From: Candidatus Margulisiibacteriota bacterium | GTDB lineage: Bacteria; Margulisbacteria; Termititenacia; Termititenacales; Termititenacaceae | Assembly (NCBI GenBank): GCA_031279305.1 | Contig: JAITIS010000045.1 | Coordinates: 1 to 48,253, forward strand | DNA: 48,253 nucleotides | Direction of reading: 5' to 3' | Part shown: positions 25,379 to 31,973 of the stretch, piece by piece | How positions within the stretch are numbered: position 1 is the stretch's first letter | Layout of the letters: each line of letters begins with the position of its first letter | Made by a program: the position numbers and the translations under genes | The notes under the pieces: model-generated | What the model saw: only the letters and a program-made list of their open reading frames with translations | What the model was told of the DNA's origin: nothing | Database searches by the model: none

Positions 25379-28080
25379 GCTTCTTGCGTTTTCTTTTCTT
25401 CTTTTTTCTTGCCTAGCAGCGCGGAATTGAATGAGGCTATCAAGGTCAGGCTTTCGTGCGCGATTAGCGCGATTAGCATATCCACGCTGCGCCAAGCCCG
25501 CCCGACGCTGTTGCTAATCAGATTTCCCGCGAAATTCAGCGCGACGCCAAAACGGTCTGTAACTACACCGTGAATAATCAATATATTAAACAGTGTGGGA
25601 AATACAATATTTTGTATGATTTTACGGGAATACCTCTTGGCCGTCTGGAATATTTCCGTCACTTTCATTAAATGACTGCCGTCCGTAACCAGCGCGTGCG
25701 CGGCGTTGCGGGCCAAGCCTTTGGCGTTCCAGCTGATGCCAAAGTCCGCCGCGGCCAGCGCGCCGCTGTCGTTATTGCCATCGCCGATCATAGTCACGTA
25801 TCGTTTGGCGCCGTCAGGGCCTTTTTGCAATTCGCGGATGAGCGCGGTCTTTTCCTCCGGTTTTAGATTGGAATGCACATTTTCCAGCGGTTTGGCGCCG
25901 CGCGCGCGCAATTCTTTATTGAGCAAATTCACCGCGGCGTAAACCCTCTGATGGCTGTCGCCCGAAGCGATGACTATTTCTTTGCCGGATTTTTGCAAGG
26001 CGATGATGGCGTCCGCGGCGTCCGCGCGCAGGGTTTCCGCGTACTCCAGATAAAGCCGCGGCTGACCGTCTACGGCCATAACCACGGCGTCATCGCTGAT
26101 CCCGGCGGTTTCCGCCATATCCAGCAAGCTGTTTTCGCGCAGATATTTTAGCGAACCGGCTGTGACTGTATGCCGTTGTCCGTTTTGCATATACTCGCCG
26201 CGCGCCGCTTTGCCCAAATCCTGAAAATTCTGGATTTCCGGACTTTGCGCCTGCGGACCGATGTACTCGCGTATTTCCTCGGCTATGGGATGAGTGGCCA
26301 GCAGCTCCAGCGCGTGTAACAGCGGCAGATCCTGCTCCGGCGCGCCGTCCGCTGTGTAATGCAGGCCGCGAATGGAGAGCTGCGCGCTGTCGGTCAGCGT
26401 GTCGGTCTTGTCAAAAACCACGATTCGGGTTTTAGCGGCGCCGGTCAGCGCTTTGGGATCACGCAGAATAATTTTGTCTTTGGCAAAACTATAGATGACC
26501 GCCAGCTTGGCTATGGGGATAGATGTCTGTAGCGCGCAGGGCGTGGTGGCGACCAGCATAGTCAGCGCGTTTTTGATCGCGAACATATTATTGGAAAGCA
26601 CGCCGTACATAAAATAACTACTGGCGCCTAAACACGCCAGCGGGGACCACCATTTACTGAACTGTTCGACCGCGCCTTCCGCTATGCTTTTGTTTTCCAC
26701 CGCCTGCTTGATCTGTTTTTCCATCTGCGCCAGCGCGGAGTCCTCATAGTTTCTAATTACCTGCACAGGCGCTGTGTCGTTCTGAACAATAGCACCAGCC
26801 AGCACAGTTTGGCCGGGCATTTTCAGCACGGGCACGGACTCGCCGGTGATATGCGATTCGAACACGGTCATTTGCTGGAGAGCCTCCGCGTCCACGGGCA
26901 GCTGCTGGCCTTGTTTTAGGATGAGCAGAGACTGCGAGGCGATTTGTTCCGGCGGCGTCAATATCTGCCGGCCTTCCCGCAGTATCAAATATTCTTTGGC
27001 CAGCTGAGAATTGCTCATTACTTCGGCCAGATTCTTTTTGGCTTTATTTTCGGCGTGTTCCTCCATTAGGTGGCTGATATAGCCGTGCATAACCGCCAAA
27101 AAAGCGGACTCGGCCAGTCCCGGCAGGGCGCCGGCGTAGTTTTGCAGCGGTTGCCCCAGACACTCCTCAATAGCAGACGCGTGTATCGGACAGCAGGGTA
27201 TATAATTGCCGCTGAGCAGATTGTAAATAGATACGAAAAACGGCAGGGTGATCGAGAGCGCGATCTGAGTGTCTATCGATACCGTTCTCCGGCGGGCGCC
27301 GCTCAGGAACTGCAAAAAGGCCTCCTCGCGCTCCGGCGTGAGCTGTTTCCGAAAAACCGCCTGCGCCAGCAGGCGCTGTTTATCCAAGGTCAGCTTACTG
27401 GCTCTGGCGATGAATTTCTGCGTGCCGAACAGCGTGTGCTTAAAAAAAAGCTCGGCATTCTGGCTGATCGTATCGCGCAGATAAGCGCTGACCGCATCGG
27501 TCTGGCCGATAGTCAGCCCCAGCTCAAAAAGCGCGGAGTAAATATCCTCATTGTAATTTTGCGCGTTGACTGTGTACGCGCCTGCGCCGGACGGAACGAG
27601 CACCTCTTGTGCTTGCAGCAGATCAAATACCCGCTCCAGCAGATCCGCGTCCTGCACACCGGCGCGCAGGGCAAAAAGTTTTTTGTCCGTGCTGTTTAAT
27701 TCTGGAAATTTAGCCTGTAGTTCGGCCAAAGTGTAGCGCGGCAGCAGCAGTTTTTGCACAGACTCTCTGATCAGAGGAAAACCGTAAAGACTGAGCGCAG
27801 ACAGACCAATAGTGTGTATTAGCCCTCGTATGCCGGCGGAGTGAAATTTGAATAAGGACACGGTCTGCTCTAAGTCTGGCAGGGTTGCGAGGTCAATATC
27901 GTCCAATATTTCAGACGTGTTTCCGCCGAGGGCGCCGGAGCCATAATGGATCAGCAGCGGCAGGGAAAACATAAACGCCGCGTAGCCGATTCCCGCCACG
28001 GCGCCGGCAGTCTTAATTGTTTTTAGAATTTTGGCTTTGGACTGGAGCGTGTCGCTGGATGCTATGACTTTAAGATGCAT
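25357..28080 (-). CDS. Divergent P1B-type (heavy-metal) P-type ATPase with extra N-terminal region
   Basis: 907-aa ORF. TGES (HITGESVPV), TM motif TTPCALQTS where CPC is expected, phosphorylation motif FDKTDTLT, THPIA (HP motif), SGD, MIGDGNNDSGAL. GGAGG lies 5 nt upstream of the ATG at 28080. Confidence 0.8.
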   Translation of the reverse strand: MHLKVIASSDTLQSKAKILKTIKTAGAVAGIGYAAFMFSLPLLIHYGSGALGGNTSEILDDIDLATLPDLEQTVSLFKFHSAGIRGLIHTIGLSALSLYGFPLIRESVQKLLLPRYTLAELQAKFPELNSTDKKLFALRAGVQDADLLERVFDLLQAQEVLVPSGAGAYTVNAQNYNEDIYSALFELGLTIGQTDAVSAYLRDTISQNAELFFKHTLFGTQKFIARASKLTLDKQRLLAQAVFRKQLTPEREEAFLQFLSGARRRTVSIDTQIALSITLPFFVSIYNLLSGNYIPCCPIHASAIEECLGQPLQNYAGALPGLAESAFLAVMHGYISHLMEEHAENKAKKNLAEVMSNSQLAKEYLILREGRQILTPPEQIASQSLLILKQGQQLPVDAEALQQMTVFESHITGESVPVLKMPGQTVLAGAIVQNDTAPVQVIRNYEDSALAQMEKQIKQAVENKSIAEGAVEQFSKWWSPLACLGASSYFMYGVLSNNMFAIKNALTMLVATTPCALQTSIPIAKLAVIYSFAKDKIILRDPKALTGAAKTRIVVFDKTDTLTDSAQLSIRGLHYTADGAPEQDLPLLHALELLATHPIAEEIREYIGPQAQSPEIQNFQDLGKAARGEYMQNGQRHTVTAGSLKYLRENSLLDMAETAGISDDAVVMAVDGQPRLYLEYAETLRADAADAIIALQKSGKEIVIASGDSHQRVYAAVNLLNKELRARGAKPLENVHSNLKPEEKTALIRELQKGPDGAKRYVTMIGDGNNDSGALAAADFGISWNAKGLARNAAHALVTDGSHLMKVTEIFQTAKRYSRKIIQNIVFPTLFNILIIHGVVTDRFGVALNFAGNLISNSVGRAWRSVDMLIALIAHESLTLIASFNSALLGKKKEEKKTQEARAGNRN

Positions 28081-28099
28081 GCTTTCCTCCCATATATTT

Positions 28100-28118
28100 A
28101 TTGAAATTGTTATTCAAT
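28100..28118. promoter_or_regulatory. 19-bp dyad ATTGAAATTGTTATTCAAT (Fur-family-box-like) in the ATPase 5' leader
   Basis: ATTGA-N9-TCAAT inverted repeat. It is embedded in a longer 29-bp imperfect palindrome, TTATTGAAATTGTTATTCAATTGCAATAA (22/29 self-complementary). It matches 15/19 with the site at 31340-31358. Confidence 0.45.
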
Positions 28119-28126
28119 TGCAATAA

Positions 28127-28155
28127 AGTGTACATTAAATGAAAACGATTGTCAA
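28127..28155 (-). promoter_or_regulatory. Sigma-70-type promoter of the ATPase gene
   Basis: Minus strand TTGACA (28155-28150), 17 nt, TACACT (28132-28127). Confidence 0.45.
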
Positions 28156-28220
28156 TAGTCTGAACTGTTAAATTTGAAAAAAGTGGGCGGGTAAAAGACA
28201 TAACCGTTGCTTTCAAAATA

Positions 28221-29741
28221 TTAAGCTGTCACTAATTCTTCTTCTTTTGTTTCTTCTTTTTTTTCTTTTTGGCGCTGCTGTCCTCTTTTTTGCTGTTCCT
28301 GTTTTTCCTTCTGCTGCTTGATATAGTCGCTCCAGACGCCGTACAACCCTTCTAAATCCTCGTCGGTTTCTTCTAGTTTTTTATAGCGGCCAAAAAGCAG
28401 ACCGAGCAGCTTGCTGAGATTTTCTTTTTGCACATCGCGCTCGTGGGCGATCCGGCTCAACACCGAAAAAGAAATGATCGGCTGGCTGCGCTCGGTTTTG
28501 CCGTCGCTCTTAATATCGCCGAACACCATTTTTTCGCCGTTCTTTCCGGTCAGCGTGGTTTTTTCACCGGATAGCGTGGAAAAAGCCAGCTGGATTTGCG
28601 CGGGTTTTTGCATAATTTTTTCCCCGCCGCCGATGTTCGGGGCTGCGGGAGCGGCCTGAGGCATTGCTTTGGAATTTTGACCTTGGATAATATTCATAAG
28701 CCCGGCAGTCAATTCTTTGCCGCTGCTGGCTAGGGACAGAGCGCCGGACAGCGCAGCCTGTGAGCCGGCGGCTATGGCTGGAGCGGCAGGCGCGGTTTGC
28801 GTCATAACTGGAGAGCCGCTTGTTCCAGCCGCAGCCGTTTGTCCCGAGGCGGATTGCGCCGCGGAGGCGTTGTTGACCGCCGTTGTCCCCCCGGTCAAGG
28901 CAGAATAAGATACAGCGCTGGCAGGCTGCTGCGCGGCTGAAGAAACATTGCTTGAATTGGACAATGAACTGCTGGCACCGGTGTCTGTCCTGGCGGCTGA
29001 GCTGTGACCGGTGTTGGTCGAGGACGCTCCTTTGCCTGCGCTGGCGGTAGAGTGACCGTCAGAACTTTGCGCTAGGCTTTGCTTTTGCGCCGCCAAGACA
29101 GTATTAGTTCCGGATTTGTCCGCAGATTTGGCCTGATTGACGGATAGATTGTTTTGGCCTTCGTCTTGAGCTTTGGGTTTGCTAAGCAGGGTGTTGTTCA
29201 GAGCGTAGTTGTTCTGCTCGTTTCTTATTTCCGCTTTGCCCGCCGCGCGTTCAGGAGTAGGAATACTTACGCTTTTGGCCATAACCGGTTCTTTTTGGCC
29301 TTCATTGTTATTGCCGTTGCTTCTGACACTGTTTGTTGTTTCTGCCGCGCGCGCATTGCCTGCCGGAGCAGCGACGGTCACCGCTCTGGCCGTGCCTGCG
29401 CCGGGAGAGGGCGCGCTGGTCTGTCGGTTGACCGCGGCGGACTGCGGTTGAACTGGGGCATTTGCCGGCGCACCGCCGGCGTCATAAGCGGCTGCGCTGT
29501 TGTAAGCGTAAGTGACGGAACTGCTATAGCTGACAGAACTGCTGGATGATCCCGGAGTTTCAATAGTGAGCGCCATCTGGCCGGTGCAGATGGGACATTG
29601 GCAGCCCGGCGGATGCCCGCCCGTGCTGCTGCCTACAGAGCCGGCGGTAGGCTGCGCGGAATAATAATTCGTGGAGTTATTTACTCCGCTAGAACTGTAA
29701 CTGTTATAGGTCGGCGCTACTGAATTAATACCGTTAATCAA
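28221..29741 (-). CDS. Hypothetical low-complexity protein (Ser/Ala/Gly/Thr/Asn/Gln-rich) with one CxCxxC and a charged C-terminal tail
   Basis: 506-aa ORF. TTG start with GGAGG 6 nt upstream. GCQCPICTG at residues 46-54 (29586-29603). About 330 aa of low complexity, then a more ordinary ~100-aa segment and a KQQKEKQEQQKRGQQRQKEKKEETKEEE tail. No signal peptide or TM seen and no family recognised. Confidence 0.6.
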   Translation of the reverse strand: MINGINSVAPTYNSYSSSGVNNSTNYYSAQPTAGSVGSSTGGHPPGCQCPICTGQMALTIETPGSSSSSVSYSSSVTYAYNSAAAYDAGGAPANAPVQPQSAAVNRQTSAPSPGAGTARAVTVAAPAGNARAAETTNSVRSNGNNNEGQKEPVMAKSVSIPTPERAAGKAEIRNEQNNYALNNTLLSKPKAQDEGQNNLSVNQAKSADKSGTNTVLAAQKQSLAQSSDGHSTASAGKGASSTNTGHSSAARTDTGASSSLSNSSNVSSAAQQPASAVSYSALTGGTTAVNNASAAQSASGQTAAAGTSGSPVMTQTAPAAPAIAAGSQAALSGALSLASSGKELTAGLMNIIQGQNSKAMPQAAPAAPNIGGGEKIMQKPAQIQLAFSTLSGEKTTLTGKNGEKMVFGDIKSDGKTERSQPIISFSVLSRIAHERDVQKENLSKLLGLLFGRYKKLEETDEDLEGLYGVWSDYIKQQKEKQEQQKRGQQRQKEKKEETKEEELVTA

Positions 29742-29863
29742 GGCTGACCTCCTGCGGCGCTTATAAATTGATACGCCTCGGCAATAATGCGCTGATATAT
29801 GTCTGTGAGAGGATTCAACGGTCTTATCGGCTCGGCGGACAGGGCGATTACTTTGCTGGTCAT
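29738..29863 (-). CDS. Candidate 41-codon ORF bridging two genes
   Basis: Below the ORF-track size cutoff. MTSKVIALSAEPIRPLNPLTDIYQRIIAEAYQFISAAGGQP. Its ATG overlaps the upstream TGA (ATGA, 29860-29863). Its TGA overlaps the downstream TTG start (TTGA, 29738-29741). It fills the whole 118-nt gap. Confidence 0.4.
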   Translation of the reverse strand: MTSKVIALSAEPIRPLNPLTDIYQRIIAEAYQFISAAGGQP

Positions 29864-30291
29864 TGTACAGTCTCCTCTTTGAGGATAATTTTATTCTGGT
29901 TTAGTTTGCGGATATAGGCTGGCATTTTTTCCACTATAGCCAGTGTTTTGACCTGCGCGTCGCGCAAGAGCGTGATTTTTTTGTCCATCTCGTCGAGAAA
30001 TGTTTCCAGTATTTCTACTTTGTCGTTAAAGATATCCGTATTTTTGGACAAGATCGCCAAAGCGTGATAGACCGTCTCAAAAGAATTGGGATCTTTGGCC
30101 AGCAGTTTGCTGTATTTTTCATTGATTTCCTTGGTCTGCTCGACCTGCAGATTGATATGATCGATCCTGCTCCACAGTTTTTCATTTTTGCGGATGGCAT
30201 CCAGAGATTTGAGTTGATCCTTGAGCTGTTCGATGATTTTATTCAAAGCGCTCTGGCTATTCTCCGTATTTTCTTTAAGCTCTGTGCTCAT
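29860..30291 (-). CDS. Hypothetical coiled-coil protein (143 aa)
   Basis: Heptad-like, Lys/Glu/Leu/Ile-rich sequence without hydrophobic segments. The ATG at 30291 is 11 nt from GGAG. The tracked TTG at 30300 is only 2 nt from it. No family recognised. Confidence 0.6.
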   Translation of the reverse strand: MSTELKENTENSQSALNKIIEQLKDQLKSLDAIRKNEKLWSRIDHINLQVEQTKEINEKYSKLLAKDPNSFETVYHALAILSKNTDIFNDKVEILETFLDEMDKKITLLRDAQVKTLAIVEKMPAYIRKLNQNKIILKEETVQ

Positions 30292-30309
30292 TTGTGACAA
30301 CGCTCCTGT

Positions 30310-31275
30310 TTATTGGCCAAAATTTCTAATCCTGACAAAATTTCCGGCAACCTCATTAAGAATGATCTGCGCGTCGGTGATCACCCGGCGCTCATTGTCC
30401 GGCCGCATTTTTTCGCTGAGCAGAACATCGCTGTGCGCCAGATCATATTGTCCGGCCAGCGTGTCTAACAGGGTGTAAGCGGAGTTCAGATCAGACTGCG
30501 TGGCGTCCTGCCCGTGATCGTTGGTGTAGAGGCGGTAGCCTTCCAACTGGCGGAGTTTGGCCTGGAAACTGGCGGAGCGCATATCCGCTTCGGAGATGGA
30601 TGCCGCATTGCCATCCGTGCCGGCAATCTCCCGCAGGAGACGCAGTTCCCGGTCTGGATTTTCGATAACCCAAGAAAACAGGACGTTAGTCCGGTTGTAA
30701 AGCTGCAAATTATACAAAGTCTCCTGAGTTTTACGGGATAGGCTGCTCAGACTGGGATTGGCCTGAAAAGAACCGTTTTTAGGAATGTTATAAGCTCTGG
30801 TGATAACGTGATGCGGCGGCTCATTGGCGGCAAATCTTATATTTTTAAACTCCTCTATTTTAGTAAAATCAACGCCTAACAACAATTCTTCAAGAACAAT
30901 TTTGCAATTGCTAAAATTAGCCGCGCCTATCCTCGCTTTTATGCTGGACAGCATTCTGTAAGCGGCGGTCAAGTCGTAAAAAAAGACCAAATCGGCGTGC
31001 CACGGACAGTTGTCATTCTTATATATATGCCTGCCTTGCAGGGAATTAAGAATAGCTGTTGCTCTCTCTCGATTGGCACTATAATCTTCTATACTGGCTT
31101 TGACTCTATTATCTTCAAAATTGTCGGGATTGTCTCCGTTGAGCGCCACAAGTTCACGTAAAAGCTGCAGTTCTAGCTGCGGATTGTCGATGACCACGGA
31201 TTTAGCCATACGAGGCTCCTCCCGGTTGAGTACAAAATTAGGCATCGTGGTAATATTAGGCGTGTATTCTGACAT
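30310..31275 (-). CDS. Hypothetical protein made of two copies of an unrecognised ~85-aa repeat
   Basis: VIDNPQLELQLLRELVAL...LNSLQGRHIYKNDN...DLTAAYRMLSSI aligns with VIENPDRELRLLREIAGT...LRQLEGYRLYTNDH...DLNSAYTLLDTL. ATG at 31275 (GGGAG 5 nt upstream). An alternative ATG at 31209 (MAKSVVIDNP) has an even stronger GGGAGGAG. Confidence 0.6.
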   Translation of the reverse strand: MSEYTPNITTMPNFVLNREEPRMAKSVVIDNPQLELQLLRELVALNGDNPDNFEDNRVKASIEDYSANRERATAILNSLQGRHIYKNDNCPWHADLVFFYDLTAAYRMLSSIKARIGAANFSNCKIVLEELLLGVDFTKIEEFKNIRFAANEPPHHVITRAYNIPKNGSFQANPSLSSLSRKTQETLYNLQLYNRTNVLFSWVIENPDRELRLLREIAGTDGNAASISEADMRSASFQAKLRQLEGYRLYTNDHGQDATQSDLNSAYTLLDTLAGQYDLAHSDVLLSEKMRPDNERRVITDAQIILNEVAGNFVRIRNFGQ

Positions 31276-31328
31276 AACTTCTCCCTTCATAACTAAACTA
31301 TTGCAACTGCTTGCCAATTGCGGCAGGT

Positions 31329-31357
31329 ATAATACGCTAATTGAAATTATATGTCAA
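31329..31357 (-). promoter_or_regulatory. Sigma-70-type promoter of the orphan-gene chain
   Basis: Minus strand TTGACA (31357-31352), 17 nt, TATTAT (31334-31329), between the fur stop and the 321-aa gene. Confidence 0.5.
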
Positions 31358-31358
31358 T
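31340..31358. promoter_or_regulatory. 19-bp dyad ATTGAAATTATATGTCAAT (Fur-family-box-like) over the -35/spacer
   Basis: Same ATTGA-N9-TCAAT architecture as 28100-28118. The adjacent TGTCAATAG 9-mer also recurs at 28150-28158. Confidence 0.45.
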
Positions 31359-31409
31359 AGATTTTTGCGCGCTGGCCGGCGCAGAAAAACTGGGAGAATA
31401 ATTCAAGGA

Positions 31410-31847
31410 TTAAAACGTCGTTTTCTGGCAGTCTCGGCACAGTCCGCGCACTTTGGCGCCGAAACGCACCGGCTTAAATTTATGTTTGGCCGCCAGTTTT
31501 TTTTGCAGTCTGATGATCTCGCTGTTGTCATACTCGATGATCAGCCCGCATTTGGTGCAGATCAGGTGGCCGTGGTTTTGATGCCGGTACGCGTGTTCAA
31601 AACGAAACACGCCGTCCAATCCGTGGATGCGCGCGGCCAAGCCTGCTTTTTCGATGATCTGCATCGTGCGGAAAGTGGAGGAGTAGCTGACTTTAGGATG
31701 TTTTTTCTTCACCAGATCGTGCAGTTCTTCTATGGAAAAATGCCCTTCGGCATTGAGGAAAACCTCCAGCACATCATAACGCTGGTGCGTATTGCGCAGG
31801 GAGTTTTTGACAATATAATCCCGCAGAATTTTTATCTCTTTCTGCAT
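31410..31847 (-). CDS. Fur-family metalloregulator
   Basis: 145-aa ORF. N-terminal winged-helix part (RNTHQRYDVLEVFL), HQNHGHLICTKCG and GLCRDC (two CxxC pairs). The sub-type (Fur/Zur/PerR/Mur) cannot be decided by eye. Confidence 0.85.
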   Translation of the reverse strand: MQKEIKILRDYIVKNSLRNTHQRYDVLEVFLNAEGHFSIEELHDLVKKKHPKVSYSSTFRTMQIIEKAGLAARIHGLDGVFRFEHAYRHQNHGHLICTKCGLIIEYDNSEIIRLQKKLAAKHKFKPVRFGAKVRGLCRDCQKTTF

Positions 31848-31853
31848 TGTCTC

Positions 31854-31862
31854 ATTATAACA
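31854..31862 (-). promoter_or_regulatory. Extended -10 element TGTTATAAT only 6 nt upstream of the fur ATG
   Basis: Minus-strand reading is AACTGTTATAATGAGACAATG. No Shine-Dalgarno sequence is present, which suggests a leaderless fur mRNA. Confidence 0.4.
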
Positions 31863-31863
31863 G

Positions 31864-31891
31864 TTGAACGCGCTAAAATATACTGTATAAT
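31864..31891 (+). promoter_or_regulatory. Sigma-70-type promoter of the ABC-F gene
   Basis: TTGAAC (31864-31869), 16 nt, TATAAT (31886-31891). This leaves a roughly 75-80-nt leader. Confidence 0.5.
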
Positions 31892-31973
31892 TAAATGGTT
31901 ATTTTTAAGGAGTGTTTTTAAGACGTGAGCCTGTAATGCCTGTTTTTATACTTAAACAAAAAAGAGGTATTAT

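Noticed and set aside
27070-27699. 209-aa plus-strand ORF (and the smaller ones at 25672-26151 and 27269-27484)
   Set aside because: These are antisense to the P-type ATPase, whose motifs are in order on the minus strand.
28221-31275. Flagellar interpretation of the orphan chain (FlgM/FlgN/FliK-like), prompted by the MING... N-terminus, a ~145-aa coiled-coil protein, a Ser/Ala/Gln-rich long protein and a FliA-sized sigma factor 5 kb away
   Set aside because: No flagellar structural genes are in the window. There are no FlgK/FliK terminal heptad motifs and no FlgM C-terminal sigma-binding pattern that I can see. Genetic linkage is to fur and a metal pump instead. It is kept only as something a profile search should exclude.
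31366-31383. GC-rich hairpin TGCGCGCTGGCCGGCGCA after the fur stop, considered as a terminator
   Set aside because: The T-run is 5' and the A-run is 3' of the stem on both strands, which is the wrong polarity for an intrinsic terminator.
31341-31928. 195-aa plus-strand ORF
   Set aside because: It is antisense to the clearly recognisable fur gene and runs through two promoter regions.
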